Of a DNA stretch of 64,000 bases, positions 28,731 through 37,900 are shown one piece after another. The DNA comes from Simkaniaceae bacterium (lineage in GTDB: Bacteria > Chlamydiota > Chlamydiia > Chlamydiales > JACRBE01). Below the pieces are notes generated by a model. That model ran no database searches, was not told the DNA's origin, and saw only the letters and a list, made by a program, of their open reading frames with translations. The stretch spans positions 6,700-70,699 of the forward strand of contig JALEGI010000019.1 of assembly GCA_022763045.1 (NCBI GenBank). Reading direction: 5' to 3'. The first letter of the stretch is position 1. Each line of letters begins with the position of its first letter. Both the position numbers and the translations under genes were made by a program.

Positions 28731-29752
28731 TGGGTTATGTCACTTGGGATCCCATTCGCGAGGCTTTTTGGATCCCAATTATCAACCACCCAGTTGCCTG
28801 GTATGGCATTTTGTTTGCCCTCGGATTTCTTCTTGGATACTACGTTTTCATCTTTATGATGCGCTGCTATCTTTTAACAAAGCCCTACACGAACTCACCA
28901 GAGTTTAATCACCGCATCGATTCAGAGTCTTGTGATTTCGATTCAAGATTTCTCAGGTTCGCTAAAAATCGGCTCGATCCCGAGTCGTATCGTAAAATCC
29001 AAATGAGGCTCATGCTTGAGAGGGAAAATCCAAAAATTCTAACGCCTCTTAAAGAGCGCGCGCGTCAATTTGTTGATCAAATAACGCTCTATGTGGTCGT
29101 TGGGACTCTTGTTGGGTCTCGATTAGGCGATATTATTTTCTATGAAAACGTTTGGACCTATCTTGTGCAGCCCTGGCGCATTTTTATGACATGGGAGGGT
29201 GGGCTCTCGAGTCATGGGGGCGTTGTTGGAATTTTTATTGCCCTTGCGCTCTTCAAATATCGCATTCGAAATACCTATTCGAGCTTTACTTGGGTCAAGC
29301 TTGTTGATTATATGGCAGTTCCAACAGCCTTGGCGGCAATTTTTATTCGCCTGGGAAACTTTGTGAATCAAGAGATTTTAGGAACCCAATCCAATCTTCC
29401 TTGGGCGGTTATTTTTAAATCGCCTATTGATGGTCTTCCAGTTGTGCCCCGCCATCCAGTTCAAATTTATGAGGCGCTCTTTTACCTTTTGGTTTTTCTC
29501 TGCTTAATGCACATCTTTTACTACCACTTTACGAAGTTGAAAGCGGGATTGCTTGGAGGACTCTTTTTCATTCTGGTCTTTGGATTTCGTTTTCTGATTG
29601 AATTTATCAAGGAGAAGCAGAGCGTTCTTATTGCTACTGAATTTCCGCTGACAATGGGGCAGTTACTCAGCATTCCCTGCATACTTTTTGGACTCTACCT
29701 CTTCTTTTGGCATGGGCGTGAGAGGAAGCAGGGAGAGGGCAAGGTGCCCTAA
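28727..29752 (+). CDS. lgt: Prolipoprotein diacylglyceryl transferase
   Basis: Lgt blocks are present: HPVAWYGILFALGFLLGY, GSRLGDIIFYE, GGLSSHGGVVG, RLGNFVNQEILG and HPVQIYEALFY. A ~70-aa insertion follows the first TM helix compared with what I recall of E. coli Lgt. Confidence 0.85.
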   Translation: MMGYVTWDPIREAFWIPIINHPVAWYGILFALGFLLGYYVFIFMMRCYLLTKPYTNSPEFNHRIDSESCDFDSRFLRFAKNRLDPESYRKIQMRLMLERENPKILTPLKERARQFVDQITLYVVVGTLVGSRLGDIIFYENVWTYLVQPWRIFMTWEGGLSSHGGVVGIFIALALFKYRIRNTYSSFTWVKLVDYMAVPTALAAIFIRLGNFVNQEILGTQSNLPWAVIFKSPIDGLPVVPRHPVQIYEALFYLLVFLCLMHIFYYHFTKLKAGLLGGLFFILVFGFRFLIEFIKEKQSVLIATEFPLTMGQLLSIPCILFGLYLFFWHGRERKQGEGKVP

Positions 29753-31504
29753 ATCTTGATTTGAGTGGAACTTTTGGTGCCATTTGAGAAAGCGGCTAAA
29801 GTTTGTTTCTCCCTTAGCGCGGTGCTCGCGATACCAAATCGTTTTACGAATAATTGACATGTGCAGGTTGAGTTCACGAGTAAGTCCTCGTAGGAAGGGA
29901 TGGTCTTTGAGATAGTCTGAGACCTGGCCCTCTCTGTGACAAAGGCGTGTGAGGGGATGTGCCGCGTCAAAGTGCAGCGAAGCGCTTACCATATCATTTT
30001 GGACAGCCCAGCGCTCGATTTTAGGTTCAACGATTTGCCATCCAGCGGCATTCTCTTCAAAGAAGTTTTTGAAGATGGGGAAATCGCGGATCTGCTTGAA
30101 GAAATGGATCGTTGCTAAAATGGCTTTTTCAAAATGAAACTCTTTTTGATCGATCAAAATATGCGAGATCTCTTGTTTCAATAGGGCGCGCAATTCACTT
30201 GATTTTTTTGCCAGTAGCTTCTCTTCTTGTTCAATCACCTGCCAGACCCAAACCTCAAGCTCTTGCATTTCGCTGTCGTTCAGTTTTGGTAGACTCGCTC
30301 CCTCTTTGAAGGCGCCTAGCAGCGTGCCGATCACGTTTTCTAAAGCGGAGGTGTCTTTACGATCTTTTAAAGCGATGATTTCTGAGTTGATGAAGGTAAA
30401 GATCGATTGATTGATTGAGGGGGAGACAGGAGAGAAGACATTTGTCGAGAGTGAGTAGATGTACTTCATCGCTGCATCGAGTTGATTGTCAGCGAGCTTT
30501 TTAGGAAGGCCAGCAGCAAGCGGATAGAGAGAGAGAATGCGGCGAACAATTGAGGTGAGGTTTAGCTTCATGGTTCTTCCATGAATTTTGCGACATCTTT
30601 TAAGTTGGCCTTGAATGAATGTTGTGATGGCTGCCTTTGTCTCTTCATCGAACTTATGCAAAGTTGTATGAGGGAATAGCTCTTTTGAGAGGGCAATTGA
30701 AAAGTAGGGAGTGGCCTCTTCGATGTTTTTGAAAGTGCTGAGTTGGAGATAGTCTTGTAGAGAGTCTTTGATTTTATGGGAGAGGGCTTTTTGCGAAAGA
30801 AGAGGACTTTCAAAAGTCTGCGTGAGGAGGCTTCGAACGATGAGCTTATCTATCTTATCGAAGTCCTCAATAGGTATCGTTTCCGGAATACTTTCCCTTG
30901 GAATCAGGTGCTTTTCAACGGCCCAAATCAGCTTTGTGAGGTGATCGATTTTTGGGCGTATGCCATCTAAGGTGGCAACACACTCAGAGATTTTAACAGC
31001 CAGTTGATGGGAGAAGTTGTAGGGGTGAACACCTGCGAGCTGCTCATCTAAGATTTCAGGGACAAGTGAGTGGCGAATCATGCGGTAGATATCGAGCTTG
31101 CCCTCAGCGGTCAAAATCTCCTTTTGCTTGCCAACTTTGTCGTAGTAGTAGCGCACCTTGTCCCAGCTTTTTTTGAGTGCAGCTGAGCCGAGGTGATACT
31201 TAGGAAATTTTTGACGAAATTCGGGAAGAATACGCTCTAAAAGAGTGTTTTGAATGTTAGAAGACCACTGCTTGGGCTTTTTTGCATTTAACATCTCTTT
31301 TTTAATCTTCTTTGTCAAAAAAAGATTGAGATCAGAGAAGGGGTCGTAGAACTCTTCAGACTCATCGATTGGGTAGAGGTAGGCTTTGGCAGAGAGCGCC
31401 TGTTTTGGACTTGGCTGATTGGGTCTAACAGAGCTATTTGAGAGAGACTTGGAGTCTTTCCAAAAGTCATTAGAAAACTGTCCGTTTGGCGTTCTTTTTC
31501 CCAT
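29663..31504 (-). CDS. Hypothetical protein (613 aa), mainly helical, no recognised domain
   Basis: A long ORF with native composition. Its 3' end overlaps the lgt 3' end by 90 nt (convergent). Confidence 0.55.
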   Translation of the reverse strand: MGKRTPNGQFSNDFWKDSKSLSNSSVRPNQPSPKQALSAKAYLYPIDESEEFYDPFSDLNLFLTKKIKKEMLNAKKPKQWSSNIQNTLLERILPEFRQKFPKYHLGSAALKKSWDKVRYYYDKVGKQKEILTAEGKLDIYRMIRHSLVPEILDEQLAGVHPYNFSHQLAVKISECVATLDGIRPKIDHLTKLIWAVEKHLIPRESIPETIPIEDFDKIDKLIVRSLLTQTFESPLLSQKALSHKIKDSLQDYLQLSTFKNIEEATPYFSIALSKELFPHTTLHKFDEETKAAITTFIQGQLKRCRKIHGRTMKLNLTSIVRRILSLYPLAAGLPKKLADNQLDAAMKYIYSLSTNVFSPVSPSINQSIFTFINSEIIALKDRKDTSALENVIGTLLGAFKEGASLPKLNDSEMQELEVWVWQVIEQEEKLLAKKSSELRALLKQEISHILIDQKEFHFEKAILATIHFFKQIRDFPIFKNFFEENAAGWQIVEPKIERWAVQNDMVSASLHFDAAHPLTRLCHREGQVSDYLKDHPFLRGLTRELNLHMSIIRKTIWYREHRAKGETNFSRFLKWHQKFHSNQDLGHLALSLLPLTPMPKEEVESKKYAGNAE

Positions 31505-31614
31505 TTTTACTAACGTCTAATCCTTTAGTAACGCAAGTTTTTTTTCTAAAACAAAAGAGCCATTTTTGTCCAAATCTTTTTTAAAATTATTTTTTTTAGG
31601 TCAGAAAAAAACTC

Positions 31615-31643
31615 TTGTTACAAGCGTCTTTCAGTGTTACACT
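31615..31643 (+). promoter_or_regulatory. Candidate sigma-70/66-type promoter for ssb
   Basis: TTGTTA (31615-31620), a 17-nt spacer, then TACACT (31638-31643). It lies about 32 nt upstream of the ssb ATG, which is preceded by AAGGAG. Confidence 0.35.
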
Positions 31644-31675
31644 GGGCCTGTCGCTAATAATATAAGGAGCCGATT

Positions 31676-32164
31676 ATGAACCATCTCATGCTCGCAGGCC
31701 ACATGGGCAGCGACCCAGAAGTGCGCTACACCTCATCAGGTTTGAAAGTCACGACATTTCGTCTTGCTACTAATTCAAGAAAAGCCGGCAAAGAAGAGAC
31801 AATTTGGTGGAGAATCACCCTTTGGGGAGACCAGTTTGATAAGCTGATGCCTCACTTAAAAAAAGGTTCTGCTATCATCGTCCACGGTGAAATGACAAAA
31901 GCTGAAATTTACAACAATCGTGAAGGCCAGCCTCAAATGTCACTCAACGTCACGGCAAATACAATTAACTTTAGTCCCTTTGGAAAGGGCAGTGGAGGAC
32001 AACAGGGACAAGGGCAGCAGCAAGGACAGCAAAGCAGCGCTCCTGCGTTTAACCAGCCTCCAACACAAAACGAGGAATCATCCTATTTCTATGACCAATC
32101 GATGCAAGGCCAAGGTGCGCAAGCGCCGGCAGGCTCAATTTCGGATGAAGAGATCCCCTTCTAG
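31676..32164 (+). CDS. ssb: Single-stranded DNA-binding protein
   Basis: It has an OB-fold N-terminus (MNHLMLAGHMGSDPEVRYTSSGLKVTTFRLATN...WWRITLWG), a Gly/Gln-rich linker and an acidic tip (DEEIPF). Confidence 0.95.
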   Translation: MNHLMLAGHMGSDPEVRYTSSGLKVTTFRLATNSRKAGKEETIWWRITLWGDQFDKLMPHLKKGSAIIVHGEMTKAEIYNNREGQPQMSLNVTANTINFSPFGKGSGGQQGQGQQQGQQSSAPAFNQPPTQNEESSYFYDQSMQGQGAQAPAGSISDEEIPF

Positions 32165-32933
32165 GGGACTCAAAGCGGCGTTTGAGGGGGAATCCCTCGC
32201 AAGCGCTTTGCAGCGCGAGATCTACCCAGGTGACTCGCGCCGCAAGGTCAAGCGCGGCGTAGATGCAAAGGGCGTTCTAGTCAATGGTGCCCCAAAGCTC
32301 AATGCTGCCCTTAAGCTGCGCCTTGCCGACCGTATCGAGGTCTTCGAAGAGGCCTTCGAACAAGACACTTCTCTGCAGGCAGTTCTCTTTGAAGATGAGC
32401 ACTTCATCGCCTACGACAAGCCCGTTGGCTTTGTCTGCGAAGAGCCTCTACAAGTCCATCGCCTTGATAAAGAGACTAGCGGCGTCTATCTGATTGCAAA
32501 GAGTGAAAAGGCCTTAGAGGCGATGACAAAGCTATTTAAAGCGCGCGAAGTGCATAAAGAATACCGCGCAATCGTTCGTGGTATTGTCATTCGCGATGGG
32601 GGCAAGATCGAGAGCTATCTCGATGTCTCTAAAAAGTCTCCAAACCGTAAGATTTGGGCTTCGGCTCCAAAAGGGCACTACGCACGTACAGATTGGGAAA
32701 AGCTGGCAACCGGTGATGGTTGCACTCTACTGAAGATCAAACCTAAAACGGGTCGTACACACCAAATTCGCGTTCATATGAGTGAGATGGGCCATCCAGT
32801 ACTTGGCGATTACGTCTACGCACGCGCCTTCCCTCACCACGCGGTGCGCCATATGCTTCACGCTCTACGTCTCGGTTTTGTCCACCCCTTTACTGGCAAC
32901 TACATTGAAATTATCTCTCCATGCGCGTTCTAA
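32145..32933 (+). CDS. RluA-family pseudouridine synthase with an S4-like N-terminus
   Basis: Catalytic blocks are HRLDKETSGVYLIAK, KEYRAIVRG and GRTHQIRVHMSEMGHPVLGDYVY. The only ATG near the domain start is at 32145, 20 nt inside ssb in a different frame. The track start at 31920 is implausible. Confidence 0.75.
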   Translation: MKRSPSRGLKAAFEGESLASALQREIYPGDSRRKVKRGVDAKGVLVNGAPKLNAALKLRLADRIEVFEEAFEQDTSLQAVLFEDEHFIAYDKPVGFVCEEPLQVHRLDKETSGVYLIAKSEKALEAMTKLFKAREVHKEYRAIVRGIVIRDGGKIESYLDVSKKSPNRKIWASAPKGHYARTDWEKLATGDGCTLLKIKPKTGRTHQIRVHMSEMGHPVLGDYVYARAFPHHAVRHMLHALRLGFVHPFTGNYIEIISPCAF

Positions 32934-33817
32934 TTGTCAAAATGTCTTCTCTTGGGGATATTCTGCAAGCCTTTGCAGTTTTGCCCTCAATTGAGGGGAC
33001 GATTGATTGGGTTGTTGAGGAAAAATTCGCCTCTCTTGTCAAAGATCACCCAAAAATTCATAAGACGATCGCGATTAATAGTCGCAAGCCGACTTTCAAA
33101 GAGCTGCGCGCAGAAAAGTATGATGTCCTCTACGATCTACAAGGTAATTGCAAGTCGGGCCTTTTCACTTTGATGGCTCGCGCCAAGCGTAAGGTTGGCT
33201 TTACGCTCTCTCAAGCCCCTGAGTGGCCCAATGCACTTGCGACTCGTGAGCACATCTCCGTTGATCTAACTGCACCGATGCGCGAGCAATATCTCACCCT
33301 TGTCGGAGGCAAACTCGAGCGCCTGCCATCAACCAAATCGATGAGTAAAATGATCATGATCTGTTTTGGCTCAAATTGGGCGAGTAAAAGGCTTAGCTTA
33401 GAGCTTTGGATTGACTTTCTCTCACGCATTGAGGGCTATGAGTGGCTCTTTATTTGGAAAAGTGATGAAGAGCGCGCTTTTGCGACTAAACTACAAGAGC
33501 GTCTAGGTGGACAAATGCGCGGCGATCTCGATTTTCCCGCTTGGAGAGCGTTAATGAGAGAGTGCCGGGCGGTGGTTTCAGTTGACTCGTGCGCCCTGCA
33601 CCTGGCAAGTGAGGAGGGGATTGACACATTTGGGATCTTTGGCCCCTCTCTTGCTCGAGCCTACGCGCCGCACGCTGCTATTCAGGGGAGTTGCCCCTAC
33701 GGGAAAAGCTTCAATAAGCGCTGCCCCATTCTGAGAACATGCGCTGCCCCGTGTATGAACCACGATCCAGAGGCTCTAGCTCATCAGCTCAAGCAAGTGA
33801 TCGAAGTTCACGTGTGA
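32921..33817 (+). CDS. Glycosyltransferase family 9 (heptosyltransferase-like)
   Basis: The N-terminus (MRVLIVKMSSLGDILQAFAVLPSI) is the typical GT9 opening, with SVDSCALHLA(S) downstream. At 298 aa it is short for the family. Confidence 0.7.
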   Translation: MRVLIVKMSSLGDILQAFAVLPSIEGTIDWVVEEKFASLVKDHPKIHKTIAINSRKPTFKELRAEKYDVLYDLQGNCKSGLFTLMARAKRKVGFTLSQAPEWPNALATREHISVDLTAPMREQYLTLVGGKLERLPSTKSMSKMIMICFGSNWASKRLSLELWIDFLSRIEGYEWLFIWKSDEERAFATKLQERLGGQMRGDLDFPAWRALMRECRAVVSVDSCALHLASEEGIDTFGIFGPSLARAYAPHAAIQGSCPYGKSFNKRCPILRTCAAPCMNHDPEALAHQLKQVIEVHV

Positions 33818-34885
33818 TTCGACAACTTCAATTGCCTCATGCACCTTCTCTTCATCCTCTTTCAATATCTTCACCGTGTGCGAGTGGATTTTTTTCATCA
33901 CATCGTAGCTATTCATTGGAGCGTAGAGAGTCGGAATATCTGATTTCTTAATTTCTGCAATGATCTCGGGCCGCGGAGGGGTTTTTCCAGTTAGGATAAA
34001 CCCAAGGCGCATATCTTTGTCTCGGTTGTCAGATTTGGTTTTCCAGTGGCGCTCAAGGGCTGCTTGAATCACGTCCTCGCGCGATGCTGGGGTAATGATA
34101 AGCATCCCCGGCTGGATCAGCTTTTGAAAGACTTTTGCGCTCGTTGCAATGAGGCGAATATCTTCAAAATGGCGCATGCGTGAGCTCATTCCTGAGAGCA
34201 GTTTGGCCTTCAAGAGAAGCTCAAAATCGCCCATACACGGGTTGGAGAGAAAAGGGGTGTAGGGGATGCATCCAATCAGAGGGATTTTCCAGCGATCGAG
34301 CGCCTTTTGTAGGTATTTTTCAACCATGGTTCGCTTGTTTTCAAGTACGCGGTTGAGGATCACCCCTCTCACACGGACTCCATGGGCATCGCACATCTGC
34401 TTGTTTAGGGCAAGAGCGTCGAATGAGGAGCCAAGGCCTCCCGAGACGATCATGACCACATCCAAGCCAAGCAACTTGGCGACATGGGCATTATTGAGCT
34501 CGGCAATTGAGCCGACACCAACATGGCCCGTTCCCTCGACAAGCATTGCCTCGTGTTTTTCTGCGATTTGGACATACGAGTCGATGATTTTTTTCTCCAA
34601 AGCGCCGTGATCGATTTTCCCATCGAGAAAATCGCGGGTGAAACCGCGCGGAAATAGAACTGGGCTCATCGGGAGAATCGGATCTTCTAGGCGGAAGTGC
34701 TCTTTAAATAGGTAGACATCTTTGTCGACAAAGTGCCCCTCCTCAGTTTCGACATGCTCTTGGCCGACAGGCTTCATAAAGCCGATGCTATTGAAGCGCT
34801 TGCGTAGTCCAGAAAGAAGGCCAAGACATGAGGTAGTTTTGCCAACGTTTTGCCCATTTGAGGCGATAAAGATTCCCTTAGTCAT
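33776..34885 (-). CDS. Stand-alone P-loop (BioD/CobQ-like AAA_26) + DRTGG-domain protein, resembling the N-terminal half of phosphotransacetylase
   Basis: The P-loop is GIFIASNGQNVGKTTSCLGL and ...EGTGHVGVGS is present. The DRTGG-like region is MLIITPASREDVIQAAL...GFILTGKTPPRPEIIAEIKKSDIPTLYAPMNSYD. No PTA_PTB catalytic domain follows. Confidence 0.65.
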   Translation of the reverse strand: MTKGIFIASNGQNVGKTTSCLGLLSGLRKRFNSIGFMKPVGQEHVETEEGHFVDKDVYLFKEHFRLEDPILPMSPVLFPRGFTRDFLDGKIDHGALEKKIIDSYVQIAEKHEAMLVEGTGHVGVGSIAELNNAHVAKLLGLDVVMIVSGGLGSSFDALALNKQMCDAHGVRVRGVILNRVLENKRTMVEKYLQKALDRWKIPLIGCIPYTPFLSNPCMGDFELLLKAKLLSGMSSRMRHFEDIRLIATSAKVFQKLIQPGMLIITPASREDVIQAALERHWKTKSDNRDKDMRLGFILTGKTPPRPEIIAEIKKSDIPTLYAPMNSYDVMKKIHSHTVKILKEDEEKVHEAIEVVESHVNFDHLLELMS

Positions 34886-34935
34886 GGGGAGAAATTTATC
34901 ACCTCAGAGAATTAGATCACAATCCTTTCTTCAAA

Positions 34936-37900
34936 TTAGGATCGCTTAAGGTCCATTTCCACGCCAAAATAGGGGCCAACGACTGTTTCAATCAGACGTT
35001 TGGCATACTCTGGACGCTTAAACATTGCCATAATCTCTGTGAGCGTCTTGTTTGTCAGAGTGAACATGAAGCTATTGACCGCTTCAATGACTGCCTCTTT
35101 AGGAGCAATGCTCACCTCAACATCAGTGACTGGACGTAGATTTTGCTGAGCCGTTTCCACTAAACCACCAGGAACTAAAATCCTTTGAATAGCGGAAATA
35201 TCTCCTTCGCCTTTATTAAGTCTAGAAACTTCCTCAGATAGTTGATGGATTGCATCAATGAGCGCTTGCGTTTCAGGCAGGCGAGTTGTTTGGGAGTCGT
35301 TATCTTGACGACGGCGCCAGTCGGTGATAAAACCTTGGATTGAGGTTCTGAGGCTTTCAAGAATTTCGGGTTTAGCATCTGCTGCATAGGCATTCGCAAG
35401 CTCTCTCCAATCGGGGATGAGTCCAGTAGCTGCGATTGCAGGGACGTTTGGAGGCGTCACCGACCCACCAGGAGCTGGTGTGGCTGGAGGTGTGGGTTGA
35501 TTAGACTCTAGTAATGTTGCTTTTAGCCAGCTGACATATTCTTCAGAGGTTTTGTTACTATCAATGAAGCCAATTTTCGTGAGGGTTTTCTTGACGGCTG
35601 TTCTAGTTACATGTCGAATCAGTTTTTGCTGGTCAGCAGCTTGGTTTGTTTCGTACATCTCACGCTCTTGACGCAAGCGTGTATTTTCCTCTTCTGTAAG
35701 AGCCTTGCCGCCGTTGCGGATCGCTCTTGAGGCTTCACGAAGAATGCTGGAAGTGAGCTTTTCGGCCTCTTCTGGCTTGATTAAGATGTGCATGAGATCG
35801 TAAAGAACTCCCTGTAGGCCTTTAACGATTTCACCCATTCTAAGGTCATCTAGGACCTGCTGTCCCGGAATTCCACCACCAAGGGCGCTCTTCACATCGG
35901 TTGGATGCACTTTTGTTGCAACTTTAGAAAGGGCAATGGCATCTTTGACAAATGCTCGGATAGCCTCTCCCTCTTCAGCAGTTTGCGCGCTTCCACCAGG
36001 TCTATCGATTTTCAGGCTTCCGCCGTTTTCCTCAATAGATTTAAGAAGGTCGTGAGTTTTATCAGCGAGGATCTTTGCAATCGCCGTTTTTACACGGGTC
36101 TCTTTCGTAAAGTCGCCAGTAAGGTTCCCAAGCTTTTCGAAGGTTGAGCTTCTTGTTAGGATATTTTTCGTTACTCGACGGGCGATTAGGGATGCAATTT
36201 TGTTTGTTGGCCAGACAAAGATGTAGTTTACAAGACTTAAGATCGCAATCGGTAGGGCTGCGATGAAGCCTTTGACGATATTCACACCAACAGGACCCTT
36301 TTTGATCCAGTTGATCATCGTTTGTGAGGCGTTATTGATTGGGGTTGTCATGGAAAGGTCGCCCATGTAACGATCAACTGCTTTACCGCTGATTTTGTTA
36401 TACGGGCAGCGGCCATCCATGCGCATTTCCATGTAGTCTTTTAGACGCGTGTGGGAAATGGGCTTGCCGTCTGGGCCAACACCCGCCGCAAATTCTTTTG
36501 CGCACTTGAGCATGAAGTGCATCGTTTGCGAGGCGTTGGTGAAGTGTGATGTCGGTACGCTGAGAGCTCCTGTGTTGAGCTTGGCAACCTGATCGTGGAC
36601 GTGGTTCACAATACGCTTAGTGAACATCTTTGTAAAAAAGGAGATAATTGGGCGGAAAACCGAGAAAAGAACGACAGAAAACCATCTTCTAAATTTTGAG
36701 CGGTCTGTCCGTTTTTTATTTGCATCTTTTAGCAGTGAGCGTAGCGTGTGAATGCGGTTTGCTCCTTCTGGAAGAGCATTGACTTTTTCCATAATGGTGT
36801 CAAAGCGCAGGCCATAGACGCCGCGCTCTCGTTCGATTGTCTCAACAACCTGTCGGTGTCTCGCTTCGTAGCCGTCTCCAAGAGAGGTGCGCGTCTCGCC
36901 AGCAGCTAGCATCCGCTTTGTTGCCGCTAGCTGAATCTCGCTAAAGTCTGGGATGCCACCTGCAAATTTCATGAACATCTCATACTCACCAAGAAGAGTC
37001 ATATCCTCTTGCATCAACTTGCGATCTCGCTCAGTCTCTTCACGTAGCTCCATGAGGTTTTTAGCTGGCGCCTTCTCTGGTCTGAGAGTCTCATTGATCG
37101 TTTCCAGAGTTGATGCTGGCATTTCTGCAGGCGCATTTGGTAGAAGAGGAAGGCGGATTAGACCTTCAAATACCAAGCGGTACTTGCCTTGAAGGGTGTC
37201 AGTTAAATTGTTCCATAGGTTTACTAGCTGACCCGCTCCTGCATTCGGATTAGCAGCAAATGCATTGATTTGTCCAATTGCGCCTTGTATAAACTGAGAA
37301 AATTCGCCAGCTCTTTGAGGGTCGCTGACCATAATATGCGAGCCAATAGAAGAGTCTACCAGATTAAGTAGGTAGGCAATTGCTCCAGCAGCGGCCTTTG
37401 TCGGACCTGAGACGATCATCTGCTGCATACGATCAAAAAGAGCGCCAATTGTCGAGGGTTTGTCCATTGGGATTAGAATTGGCTCTCCACCCCTTGGTGC
37501 CACAGTGGGGTCGCCAGCGGCTGCAGCACCCGCTCCTGCAATCGGAGCTGGAGCAACAGTTGGTGCGGTAACTATTGGCTGTGTCGTCGCTCTTGAAAGT
37601 AGACCTTTTGCAATTGGGCAGATATCAGTGATCGCGTCAATGGCTTGATCACGCATATTTGCTGTCATACCTGCAAATTGCTCCTCTAGATTTAAACGCG
37701 CTTGAGTGATTTGACCACTAGAGAGTTTGCCTAACTCATAGAGTTGCTGAATGAGTGGTAAATGGTGGTGAGAATAATCGGGTTGCTCGGGGGCGACTTC
37801 GCCTGTGGGCGAATGGAGGTTGGCTAAAATTGCTTGCCTTCCTTGAGCAAAACGCGCTTTGTCTTCTGCTGTCGGGTTTCGATGGCTTGAGATGTCTTGT

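Noticed and set aside
31920..32144. Upstream 75 codons of the 337-aa track ORF (start at 31920) as part of the pseudouridine synthase
   Set aside because: This stretch overlaps the ssb coding region in another frame. Its translation (KASLKCHSTSRQIQ...) looks like low-complexity read-through of the Gly/Gln-rich ssb linker.
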